Shown here piece by piece: positions 48,228 to 56,949 of a DNA stretch of 57,094 nt. The DNA comes from an uncultured Acidobacteriota bacterium. GTDB taxonomy: Bacteria > Acidobacteriota > UBA890. Below the pieces are notes generated by a model. The model did not search any database and was not told where the DNA came from. It saw nothing but the letters and a program-made list of their open reading frames with translations. Within the stretch, counting starts at the first letter, position 1. Each line of letters begins with the position of its first letter. The stretch is from assembly GCA_964430745.1 (NCBI GenBank), contig CAYSHI010000063.1, forward strand, positions 1-57,094, in the 5' to 3' direction. The translations under genes and the position numbers were made by a program.

Positions 48228-49988
48228 CTACGGCCGGCTGGGGGTGGGCAGCGCGGCGTCCATCAAGGTCCACACCGGCCCGGCGGCGCGTATCTGTTGA
48301 AACTGACGCCACGCGTCCGCTGCCGTCGAAGGGACGAACGAAGTCCACGCCTGCACCGCGACGCGAGCCGAGGCGACTGTGGTAAACAACCGGGAGAACT
48401 CCTGGAAGAGCGTTCTTGGCGCCGGATACACACGGATCGTCGTGCCGCTGGACGGGCCGATCCCCGCCTCGGCGCGCGCCGCGGCAAGTGCCTCCCGGAG
48501 GCCTCCGATGTCGTCGACGAGGCCGTGCTCGAGCGCCTGCGCGCCCGTCCAGACCCGCCCCTGGGCCACCGCGTGGACATCTTCGGCGCTCATGTCGCGG
48601 CCGGCGGCGACGACTTCGAGAAACTCCGCATAAGTGTCGGCCACGCTGCGCTCGAGAACCTCTGCCTGCTCCGGTCGCAAGTTGGTCGTGCTGGTGAGCA
48701 GGTCGGCGTTCGTCCCCCGTGTTACCAGCCCGTGGGAGACCCCGAGCAGGTCGTACGTTTCGCGCAGGCTCAGGCGGCCCATGACGACGCCGATCGAGCC
48801 GGTATAGGTGGCGCGATTGGCGAATACACGCGTTGCTTTGCTGGCGATCCAGTAACCTCCCGACGCGGCGACGTCCGACATGCTCACGACCACGGGCTTT
48901 CGCTGAGCCGCCAGCTCGATCTCGCGACCCATCACGTCGGCTGCGGTGACCGCGCCGCCGCCGCTGTCGATTCGCACGACGATGGCCTTGACGGACGAAT
49001 CCTCTCGCGCCTCGCGAATGTATCGAGCGATGGTGTTGCCGGCGGCGACCTCGGCGCCGAACAGGCCGCCCTCGAGATCGCCCGGCACCATGAGCCCGCC
49101 GACATGCACGAGCGCGATGACGTTGTCGGACCCGAGGATCGCCTGAAACCCGCCCGGCGCGGTGGCGCGGAGGTACTCGCGCACGTTCAAACGACGTGGC
49201 GAACGACCGGCGATCTCGGTGAGCGCGCTGTCCACCTGGTCGCGATACCCGAGCTCGTCGATCAAACCGAGATCGCGAGCCCGGGTCGCCGAAACCAGGC
49301 CTTCGTCGAAGGCGGCGCGGACCTCATCGCCCGACAAGCCGCGGTCGGAGGCGACGTCCGTCACCCACTGCTTGTAGAGACTCTCGAGGAGGCTTTCGTC
49401 CATCTCTCGCTGGGCCTCGCCGAGCTCTCTCTCGGTCAAGGCGTTGAAGGCGGACTTGTACGGCCCGCTGGCGAAGACGTCGAAGCGCACGCCGAGCTTG
49501 TCGAAGAGGTCTCGGTAGAAGGGCTCCTCGACCAGCATTCCCAGGATCAGTTGTCCGGAGGGCACTTGATAGATGGTTTCCGCCGCCGACGCCATGTAGA
49601 GATCGAGATTGGATCCGAGCTCGATCAGAGCCACCACCGGCTTGCCGGTGTCGCGAAATCGCTGCACCGCGGCCCGTACTTCCTGCGTCTTGCCGTACCC
49701 TCCGGTCAGGGGGCCCACTTCGAGGAAGACACCCTCGACCCGGTTGTCGTCGGCAGCCCGTCGGAGCGCTTCATCGATCTCCCGCACTGTCAACGGCCCC
49801 AGAAAGGGCCCGGACTGCGCCACTTCCCCCAGCGCTCCCTGAAGGCGGATGGTCAGCACCATGCTTCCGCCGACGGCCGGCGTGCCCCCCACGAGAAGAC
49901 GGTTCAGAGCCCACACGAAAAGCGTGAAGCCGAGAAAGAACACGAGCAGCGTGCTCAGAATCCAGATACCGATTCGTCGAGTAGCCAT
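48228..49988 (-). CDS. sppA: signal peptide peptidase SppA, 67K (two-domain) type
   Basis: An N-terminal TM segment precedes duplicated ClpP/crotonase-like domains, with the catalytic block SDVAASGGYWIA. Confidence 0.9.
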   Translation of the reverse strand: MATRRIGIWILSTLLVFFLGFTLFVWALNRLLVGGTPAVGGSMVLTIRLQGALGEVAQSGPFLGPLTVREIDEALRRAADDNRVEGVFLEVGPLTGGYGKTQEVRAAVQRFRDTGKPVVALIELGSNLDLYMASAAETIYQVPSGQLILGMLVEEPFYRDLFDKLGVRFDVFASGPYKSAFNALTERELGEAQREMDESLLESLYKQWVTDVASDRGLSGDEVRAAFDEGLVSATRARDLGLIDELGYRDQVDSALTEIAGRSPRRLNVREYLRATAPGGFQAILGSDNVIALVHVGGLMVPGDLEGGLFGAEVAAGNTIARYIREAREDSSVKAIVVRIDSGGGAVTAADVMGREIELAAQRKPVVVSMSDVAASGGYWIASKATRVFANRATYTGSIGVVMGRLSLRETYDLLGVSHGLVTRGTNADLLTSTTNLRPEQAEVLERSVADTYAEFLEVVAAGRDMSAEDVHAVAQGRVWTGAQALEHGLVDDIGGLREALAAARAEAGIGPSSGTTIRVYPAPRTLFQEFSRLFTTVASARVAVQAWTSFVPSTAADAWRQFQQIRAAGPVWTLMDAALPTPSRP

Positions 49989-50037
49989 TGCGTGATGCTA
50001 CCACCGCCGCTTCGAGGGCCTCACGCGCGGCGAGCCT

Positions 50038-51819
50038 TCAGTGCCGGCTCCAGCCCGTAACCGTGATCTTGTAGATCTGCGGCGTGCGCGGGGGGAGCTT
50101 GGCGAGGTCGAGGAAGTCGGTCTCGAAGCTCCAGTTGCGGATGGGCGCGCCGTAGACGTCGGTCTGAACGTACGGGCCGGTGGCGTGCTCCGACTCCCAG
50201 AGAGCGACCAGGCTCCCGAGAAGGGTCAACTGTACGCCGGACCACTGCTCCAACAGCCGTGGGAGGTTCTCGAGACCGCCGTTGAAACTGGCGCCCATAT
50301 CGACGTTTCCCGTCATGATGGCCGCATTCACCGTCGTCGACGTCGCGGGACGGCCGCTGAGGTTCAACAGGCTGTAGTCGAGGTCGCTGTCGAAAACCCC
50401 GTCCCCGTCCACGTCGCCCCAATTGTTGCTCAAGATCGTCAGCGCGTCGGACATGAGGGCGGCGGGCTGTTTGTTGAACGTGTTGAAACTGCCGTGGATG
50501 TACAGAGGGTTGTCCGTCACGAGCGTCAGCGGCCCCGGAATCTGTGTGGTGCTCCGGGTCTTGAAGGCGAACTCGGTGAGGGCGCTGTTCCACGGCGTTG
50601 TGTACCCGCTCCATTCCGAGGGACCGACCCCGACCGCGACGCCCGGCCACGCAGGCATATCAGAGTCGGGCTGGAACGCACCCAGATAGACCACTCCGTT
50701 GAGCGGATAACCGGGCGAACGCCCGAGCTTGTCGACGTCGAGCTCGACGGTAAGCATGTGCGCGTTTTCTCGCTTGTCCCAGAGCGTCGTGTAGCTGACG
50801 GCGTCCAATCCCGTGACCGGGTCCACAAGCGATACGAGGTTACCGGCGTTGTCGTAGCCGCGCCCGTTGACGATACGCAGGCCGGCGGCGTACCAGAGCT
50901 TCGCCGCCTGATCGGGAAGCGAGTCGCCGGCACGCCCCGGCTCGATGATCAGGCGCGGATCGGTAGGATCCTCGATGACCAGATCGACACGATCGCCGCC
51001 GATCTCACCGGAGCGTACCCGTCCGTCCCAGCGGCTGATCGCATCAGAGGTCCACGTCGCGCTCTCGGAGTCGAGGCCGGCCATGTCTTGGAAAATTCCC
51101 GCCGAGTCCTTGATTCGAACCGCTCCGCCGTTTGCCCAGCCGGCCTCGCGCCGGTTGTAGATATTGCCGAAGGCGGTGACCGTGGAGTCGAAAGCGACCT
51201 GCACGGTGGGGTCTACATAGATGTCCGAGTTGCTGTGGACCCTCCCACCGATCGTCATCACCGGCGCGGGGTGTATATCCAGGTCGCCTTCGTAAAGGAC
51301 GCCGAATTGAAAGACGGGAATCGCGGCGAACTCGCCCTGTATCTCGACCGTAGCCTCGCTCTCGGGTGGGCCCGCCCCTTCGGTCTTGGCAAGCGCGCGA
51401 AACCGCTGGATCTCGGCGGAGAGGCCGACGTACAGGCCGTCGGCCAGCGTCGTCTGACGCATCGGCCCGTCGGCGAAAGCGTCGAACTGTGTGAGGGTGA
51501 CGCCGCTGAAAGCGGGCGCGGAGATCGCGTCCAGCTCGATGTCGGAGGGAAAGCGGCCAAGCGTTCGCGTCATACTGATGAGGTCGCGCAGAAGCAGGCG
51601 CGACGCTCCGTCGGCAGGGAGAAACGTCTGCTGCGCGGCCGTCAGGTTGGCCGATATGGCGATCTCGGTTGTCGCCACCTGAGCCACGACCATCGCCATC
51701 AACCCGATGGCGAACAGCGACATCAGGATCATCAGGAGAACCGTGCCTTGATCGGAGGCAAGGCCGGGCGCCTGCCTGGGATCTCGGCGCCGGAACGTCT
51801 TGTCGAGTGGGCGTAGCAT
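50038..51819 (-). CDS. large PilX-N-domain (GspK/PilX-like) pseudopilin-associated protein, copy 1
   Basis: The N-terminal hydrophobic segment QGTVLLMILMSLFAIGLMAMVVAQVATTEIAISAN lacks Glu5. The product is 593 aa and is a full-length paralogue of 53667..55475. A DVDGDGVFD loop is present. Confidence 0.7.
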   Translation of the reverse strand: MLRPLDKTFRRRDPRQAPGLASDQGTVLLMILMSLFAIGLMAMVVAQVATTEIAISANLTAAQQTFLPADGASRLLLRDLISMTRTLGRFPSDIELDAISAPAFSGVTLTQFDAFADGPMRQTTLADGLYVGLSAEIQRFRALAKTEGAGPPESEATVEIQGEFAAIPVFQFGVLYEGDLDIHPAPVMTIGGRVHSNSDIYVDPTVQVAFDSTVTAFGNIYNRREAGWANGGAVRIKDSAGIFQDMAGLDSESATWTSDAISRWDGRVRSGEIGGDRVDLVIEDPTDPRLIIEPGRAGDSLPDQAAKLWYAAGLRIVNGRGYDNAGNLVSLVDPVTGLDAVSYTTLWDKRENAHMLTVELDVDKLGRSPGYPLNGVVYLGAFQPDSDMPAWPGVAVGVGPSEWSGYTTPWNSALTEFAFKTRSTTQIPGPLTLVTDNPLYIHGSFNTFNKQPAALMSDALTILSNNWGDVDGDGVFDSDLDYSLLNLSGRPATSTTVNAAIMTGNVDMGASFNGGLENLPRLLEQWSGVQLTLLGSLVALWESEHATGPYVQTDVYGAPIRNWSFETDFLDLAKLPPRTPQIYKITVTGWSRH

Positions 51820-51972
51820 GCGTGGGTTCCCTACCGCGAGGGATTCTGACCTCTACGAGGGTAACCAACGCCGGGACCGTGGAACAACTCCGGAATGGGT
51901 TGTTTGAATCGAGTGCGGCAGGGCGTCAAAGATCAATAATGACTTTTGCTATGATACGACAATCCTCGATGA

Positions 51973-52260
51973 CTAAAAGCGCGTTTCAAAGGCTTCGAAC
52001 GTCCCGGCGGCTTCACCCCAGGACGTCTCGATGTGCTCCACCCGAGCGGCTGGAGGCCCGACTCGGCAATACTCCAACAGAGAATCGCAGGCGGGGCGAG
52101 GTCCTTCGGCGACGAGCTCCACGGCTCCGTCGCTTCTGTTTCGAACCCAACCTGTCAAGCGAAGCGCGCGCGCCGTGCGCTCGGTGCCGGCCCGGTAGAA
52201 GACGCCTTGCACCCGCCCGCTGATCCGCGCCTCCAGGCGCACAGCGGAATCCGCGTTCAT
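51973..52260 (-). CDS. acyP: acylphosphatase
   Basis: [41 protein letters not shown] is the acylphosphatase signature. The start lies 1 nt after the PilW-like stop. Confidence 0.9.
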   Translation of the reverse strand: MNADSAVRLEARISGRVQGVFYRAGTERTARALRLTGWVRNRSDGAVELVAEGPRPACDSLLEYCRVGPPAARVEHIETSWGEAAGTFEAFETRF

Positions 52261-52261
52261 C

Positions 52262-53086
52262 TCAGGATGTCAGCATCGCGGAGCGCGGGGCGATGCGCGT
52301 GCGGAGCGTCACGGTACGCTCCTGCGTGGTGTTGAGGCGGACGTCTTCGGTCTCGACCACGAGCGTGACCTCGATCACCTTCACACGCAGCTGATCGGCA
52401 ATCGTCGCCGGGGTGAAGGCCTGAGGAGGGTTGGCGTCGTCGAAGTAGGTGATCGTCATCGAACGCACGTTGATCGCGACCGGCTGCGGGGTGGCCCCGT
52501 CCTCCTGGCGCTGCAGCCAGAATGCGCCGCCGGCGGCCTGCAGATTGTAACTGGTCGTTTGAACACGCTTGACGGCGGTGCCGTCCGCGACGCGGTAGGC
52601 CTTCGAGAGGCCTCCGCTCTGTGTCAACACGCCGCTGGACACAGCGGTCAACGTCGTGAGGTCGAAGCCTCCGGTCCCGTCGTACACGACGACCACCATG
52701 CCGGCGTCGAATCCGGTGGAATCATCGACCTGCAGGCTCCCGGAGCCGCCGCCCATATCGGCGGTGAGCCGCGCCGTGAGGTTGTCGCTGTTGTAGCGGA
52801 CGTCGATGCCGCCGTCCAAACGCGGCTCGATGACCGGCACGGGCGAGAGCATTCCGAGCAGGCCGATGCCGGCCAGCTCGATGTCGCGCTGCATCTGTGC
52901 GATCGCGAGGCGGGCGGTCATCTGGGCGTCGATGAGCTGCTGCTGATCCCTTTGAACGTCGCGCAACCCGCTGAGCATGAGCAGCATGCCCCCCACGACA
53001 AGCACGGACATGAGGCTGGCAACGAGCAGTTCCAGCAGGCTGAATCCGTGCTGGTCCGCGGGCCCAAGGCGCTGAATCGAAGACAC
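52262..53086 (-). CDS. PilW/GspJ-like minor pseudopilin, copy 1
   Basis: The prepilin site is G|FSLLELLVA (Glu5). The GTG at 53086 gives a 14-aa leader ([14 protein letters not shown]), matching copy 2. The ORF is open to 53275 but that part overlaps the PilV-like gene. Confidence 0.72.
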   Translation of the reverse strand: MSSIQRLGPADQHGFSLLELLVASLMSVLVVGGMLLMLSGLRDVQRDQQQLIDAQMTARLAIAQMQRDIELAGIGLLGMLSPVPVIEPRLDGGIDVRYNSDNLTARLTADMGGGSGSLQVDDSTGFDAGMVVVVYDGTGGFDLTTLTAVSSGVLTQSGGLSKAYRVADGTAVKRVQTTSYNLQAAGGAFWLQRQEDGATPQPVAINVRSMTITYFDDANPPQAFTPATIADQLRVKVIEVTLVVETEDVRLNTTQERTVTLRTRIAPRSAMLTS

Positions 53087-53144
53087 CGTGCCGTCGGCCC
53101 CCGCTCCCGGCCCCGCGACACCGGTGCTCCGGGGGACCGGCGGC

Positions 53145-53633
53145 CTACTGGATGTCGGTGCGAAAGGTGTCCAGCAGGATCTCGCGTGGAGGTCCCCAGA
53201 TGGACGCACGCTCACCGACGACAAGCTGAATGCGCTTGCGGCCGGGGTTCTCATCGGTGACCTGCCAGCGGACATAGCGATCGGGGTCGCCCAGGTACGG
53301 ATCCAGCGAGTAGCCGCCGGAGGAAGCTACGATCGAGCCGCCGGCGACAAGCTGCGCGTCGGTAAACGGCAGCCCTCGAATAATCTCCATCTGCTGCGAC
53401 CCGGCGGCCGTGAGCTCGGTGATCTCCTGGGCGGCGGCTGATGTCTGTAATGCCATGAGCATCATCGGCGCGACAGCCAGAGCGATCAGCCCCACCAGGA
53501 AGCCGGAAACGAGCACCTCCAGGAGTGTGAAGCCCTGCTGACCACGGCGACACTCGGATTCTCGCCTCCCGGTTATCGGTTCCAGACAACCATGCCACGT
53601 CCGCAGTGTCCTCGGAAATACCTCGTTGTTCAT
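53145..53633 (-). CDS. PilV/GspI-like minor pseudopilin, copy 1
   Basis: The prepilin site is QQG|FTLLEVLVSG. The nearest canonical in-frame start with an RBS (GGCGGAG) is the ATG at 53633, which gives a 34-aa leader. Confidence 0.72.
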   Translation of the reverse strand: MNNEVFPRTLRTWHGCLEPITGRRESECRRGQQGFTLLEVLVSGFLVGLIALAVAPMMLMALQTSAAAQEITELTAAGSQQMEIIRGLPFTDAQLVAGGSIVASSGGYSLDPYLGDPDRYVRWQVTDENPGRKRIQLVVGERASIWGPPREILLDTFRTDIQ

Positions 53634-53666
53634 TGTCGCTCCGCCGCTGAGCATCACAATCCCTCT

Positions 53667-55475
53667 TCAGTGCTGCCGCTCCCAGCCGAGCACGCGAATC
53701 GTATACACGCTCGGCGTGCCCGGTGGGAGATTCGCGGGATCGAGGAAATCGGTATCGAACGACCAGTTTCGGTTTGGCGCGGTGTAGATCGGGTTGCCGT
53801 AGATCCAGTTGCCGGTGGCGTTGCGGGCGTTCCAGAGGTCGATGATGCTCCCCAGATAGGTGAACGTGTCGCCGCTCCAGCGCTCCAGAAAGCGCATGAC
53901 GTTCTCGACGCCGCCGTTGTATTGGGCATTGGGCACGGTATCCGTGTTGCCCATCATGATGGCGGCGTTGACCGTCGTGCTCCAGGCGTTGCGGCTGTTG
54001 AGCGCCTGCTGGCTGTAGTTGAGATCGCCGTCGCCGGCATCGGTCGTGTCACCGTCGCCGTTCACGTCACCCCAGCGGTTGCTGAGGATGGTGACCGCGT
54101 CCGCGATGACCGCCGCGCCAACCTTGTTGACGTTGTTGTAGTTCCCCTGCACGTAGGTCGGATTGTCGGAAACCACCGTGGTCGGGGTGGCGAGCTGCGA
54201 TCCGTTGGTCAGCTTGACGGCGAATTCCGTGGTTCCACCACCGCCCCACGGTGTCGCGTAGCCGGCCCATGCGGCCGGTCCGACGCCGCCGGCGCCGCCC
54301 ACCCAGTTCGGGTAGACACCGCCGTCGGGCTGATAGCCGCCGACGTAGAGGATGAGGTCGTTCGGCGGGTGGTCGACCAGGTTGCCGAGCTTCTGCATGT
54401 CGATCTCGGTGGTCAACATGTGCTTGTTGTCCCGCGCGTCCCAGATGATCGTTTCCGTGATCGCCGGCGTACCGCTGACCGGGTCGATCAGCGGGATCGG
54501 ATTGCCGCCGTTGTCGAAGCCCTGCCCGTTGATGATGCGGATGTCGGCGTCGTACCACATCTTGGCGGCCTGGTCCGCCGGCGTATCCGCCGCGCCCCAA
54601 GGCTCGATGATCTTGTACGGATTCGTCGGATCCTCGATGGTCAGGTTGAGCCTCTCGACCGCGTGGTCCTTCGAGCGCACGTTGCCGTCCCAGCGGGTGA
54701 TCGCGTCCGTGACCCAGTTCGGAGAGGATGAATCGAGGCCGGCCATGGCAGGAAAGTTGCCCACCGAGTCGCGGATGACCACGTTACCGCCCATCGCGGC
54801 GGCCGCGTCCTTGCGGCGGTTGTAGATGTCGCCCGCGGAGGTCATCAGGGAGTCGACCGTCAGCGTGTTGTGCGTGCCGATGTAGATGTCCATGTTGCTG
54901 TGCACGCGGCCGTTGATCCACATGTTGGGGCCGGGAAGGATCTCCAGATCCTCCTCGTAGAAGATCGCGAACTGAAAGATCGGGATGATGTCGAAGTCCG
55001 CGGTCATCGCGACCGTCGATGTGCCGAACGGAGGCAGCGCGGTCTCGGCGGTCGTGGTTACCGTGAACGGTTGGGTGGCGGCGACCAGTCCCTGGAAGAA
55101 CCCGGTCGTCAGCGGTCCTAGGGTTTGAGGGCCCGACGCCGCGATGTCGAACGTCGAGTACGTGATGTCCGTGAGCACCGGAGGCACGATTGCGGCCATC
55201 TCGCCGGCCGTGGGAAAACGCCCACGCGCGCGGCCGACGTTGAGTAGCTCGTCAAGACCGTACTCAGAGCCCCCGTCCGCCGCGTAAAAGGCGCGATTGA
55301 CGCTGCGGTAGTTACCCGTCACTTCCATCTCGGTTTGCGCGACGCGCGAGATGGCAACGCCCGTCAGGGCGACGATGAACAGCGCCAACATGGTGATGAG
55401 CAACGTCATGCCTTCTTCGCCGGAAAACAAGCGTGGCATCGGCGTCGCGTTGCGCTTCGCGTTCTCGTTGATCAT
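53667..55475 (-). CDS. large PilX-N-domain (GspK/PilX-like) pseudopilin-associated protein, copy 2
   Basis: The N-terminal segment EGMTLLITMLALFIVALTGVAISRVAQTEMEVTGN lacks Glu5. The product is 602 aa. DVNGDGDTTDAGDGD loops are present. Confidence 0.7.
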   Translation of the reverse strand: MINENAKRNATPMPRLFSGEEGMTLLITMLALFIVALTGVAISRVAQTEMEVTGNYRSVNRAFYAADGGSEYGLDELLNVGRARGRFPTAGEMAAIVPPVLTDITYSTFDIAASGPQTLGPLTTGFFQGLVAATQPFTVTTTAETALPPFGTSTVAMTADFDIIPIFQFAIFYEEDLEILPGPNMWINGRVHSNMDIYIGTHNTLTVDSLMTSAGDIYNRRKDAAAAMGGNVVIRDSVGNFPAMAGLDSSSPNWVTDAITRWDGNVRSKDHAVERLNLTIEDPTNPYKIIEPWGAADTPADQAAKMWYDADIRIINGQGFDNGGNPIPLIDPVSGTPAITETIIWDARDNKHMLTTEIDMQKLGNLVDHPPNDLILYVGGYQPDGGVYPNWVGGAGGVGPAAWAGYATPWGGGGTTEFAVKLTNGSQLATPTTVVSDNPTYVQGNYNNVNKVGAAVIADAVTILSNRWGDVNGDGDTTDAGDGDLNYSQQALNSRNAWSTTVNAAIMMGNTDTVPNAQYNGGVENVMRFLERWSGDTFTYLGSIIDLWNARNATGNWIYGNPIYTAPNRNWSFDTDFLDPANLPPGTPSVYTIRVLGWERQH

Positions 55476-55508
55476 GGCTTCATCCCCCGGAGGAGAGGGG
55501 TCATCCCA

Positions 55509-56324
55509 TTACGAGAGAATGATCGCTCTCGGTGTCACCTGCGTCGTAAGTGTTCTCTGTCGTTCGTTCACGGCGTTGAGCTGCGGGTCTTCGGTCTCGA
55601 CGGTCAGCGCGACCTGGATTGTCTGGATCAGCAGCTGCTGGGCAACGGTCGCCGGATTGAAGACCGCGGAAGGAGTGCTGTTGTTCCAGTAGGTGACGTT
55701 GAACGCCGCTACATTGCCGGCGAGCGGTTCCGGCGCCTCGGCGTTGACCTGGCGGAGGAGGCGATCCTGTCCGTCGACGGAGTAGGTGATCGTCTCGATA
55801 CGGGCGACCGCCGTCCCGTCGGCCACCGTGAAAATCTTGGTGGTGCCATCATGCGAGATGCGGTCGGCGCCGAGATTGACGCCGGTGACGGTGACGAAGC
55901 TCAGCGCGCCGGCATTGTCGTAGACGGCGATGCCCATTCCGGGTGCGAAACCGGCTGCGTCGTCGACCCGGAGATCAGCGCCCGTCCCGCCCATGTCCAC
56001 GACGAGGCTTGCCCTCACCCCGCTCTGGTTGTGGCGCACGGTGAAGCCGCCACCCACTTCCGGTACCACCAGAGGCATCGGCGCAACCAGCCAGGCAATC
56101 CCGACTCCCGCCATCTGCAAGTCACGTTGCACTTGATCGAGCGAAATCCGGGCCGCCTGCTGGGAGTCGATCATCTGCTGGCTATCGCGCTGGATCTCTT
56201 CGATCGAGACGAGCATCGACAAGACGGCACCGACGACAAGCGTCGAAACGAGCATCGCCACCATCAGCTCGATCAGGCTGTATCCGGCGTTCTCGAACCA
56301 CCGGTGTTGCTTGGTCGTCGTCAT
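55509..56324 (-). CDS. PilW/GspJ-like minor pseudopilin, copy 2
   Basis: The ATG at 56324 is preceded by AGAGG. The leader is MTTTKQHRWFENAG|YSLIELMVAM (Glu5). The protein is colinear with copy 1. Confidence 0.8.
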   Translation of the reverse strand: MTTTKQHRWFENAGYSLIELMVAMLVSTLVVGAVLSMLVSIEEIQRDSQQMIDSQQAARISLDQVQRDLQMAGVGIAWLVAPMPLVVPEVGGGFTVRHNQSGVRASLVVDMGGTGADLRVDDAAGFAPGMGIAVYDNAGALSFVTVTGVNLGADRISHDGTTKIFTVADGTAVARIETITYSVDGQDRLLRQVNAEAPEPLAGNVAAFNVTYWNNSTPSAVFNPATVAQQLLIQTIQVALTVETEDPQLNAVNERQRTLTTQVTPRAIILS

Positions 56325-56346
56325 CGTCGTTGCCTCTCGGTCCCGG

Positions 56347-56892
56347 CTATTGAAGGTCTGTTCGGTACGTCTCGAGAGCGACCTCGCGAGGTGGCCCCCA
56401 GACCGACGTGCGGATTCCGGCCACAAGCTCGATGTGCTTGCGCGAGGGACTGACGCTGGTGATGCGCCAGCGGAGATATCGGTTGGCGTCGCCATTGAAG
56501 GGGTCGAGCGAGTACCCGGCGTCCGAAGACGTGAGCGACCCGCCGGCCGCGAGGTCCGCGTGGTTGAACGGAAGTGCTCGCAGGATCTCGATTCTCTCCG
56601 CCCCGTCGGAGGTCAGCTCGGTTGCCTGCTGCGCCACGGCCGAGGTCTGCACCGCCATCAGCATCAGAGGCGCGACGGCGAGGGCCACAAGGCCGACGAG
56701 GCCGGTCGCCACGAGAACCTCCAAAAGGGTGAACCCCGCCTGGTGCGGACTTCTCGCTCCGGCGGTCGGCCACCCATCGATTGTGAGTCTTGTCTGCGCC
56801 GTGCACTTCTCTACCCGTGTTGTCGTGTCCGCGAATATCGTCCTGCAGCACGTCTTGATTAGTATCAAGTTGTAACAATTAATACAAGGCAT
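56347..56892 (-). CDS. PilV/GspI-like minor pseudopilin, copy 2 (start uncertain)
   Basis: The prepilin site is QAG|FTLLEVLVATG. About 60% of residues look identical to copy 1 by eye. The only canonical in-frame starts are GTG 56901, ATG 56892 and TTG 56868, and all lie in AT-rich palindromic DNA. Confidence 0.7.
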   Translation of the reverse strand: MPCINCYNLILIKTCCRTIFADTTTRVEKCTAQTRLTIDGWPTAGARSPHQAGFTLLEVLVATGLVGLVALAVAPLMLMAVQTSAVAQQATELTSDGAERIEILRALPFNHADLAAGGSLTSSDAGYSLDPFNGDANRYLRWRITSVSPSRKHIELVAGIRTSVWGPPREVALETYRTDLQ

Positions 56893-56919
56893 GAAGCACA
56901 CTATTCTAGCCGCTATAAG

Positions 56920-56949
56920 TATATATATGGTAACTTAAGACAGCGCCAA
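56920..56949 (-). promoter_or_regulatory. sigma70-like promoter candidate for the pseudopilin operon
   Basis: On the minus strand: TTGGCG (56949-44), a 17/18-nt spacer, then ATATAT/TATATA (56926-20). It lies inside the only strongly AT-rich stretch of the window. Confidence 0.25.

Larger units (their letters stand above)
50038..56901 (-). repeat. diverged tandem duplication of a PilV-PilW-PilX-like three-gene cassette
   Basis: Unit A is 53667..56901 and unit B is 50038..53657. All three proteins align pairwise along their full length. The similarity is at protein level, not near-identical DNA. Confidence 0.75.

Noticed and set aside
50038-55475. The PilX-like paralogue pair as a diversity-generating retroelement target (TR/VR).
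   Set aside because: There is no reverse transcriptase in the window. The divergence is spread over the whole proteins rather than confined to an adenine-specific variable region.
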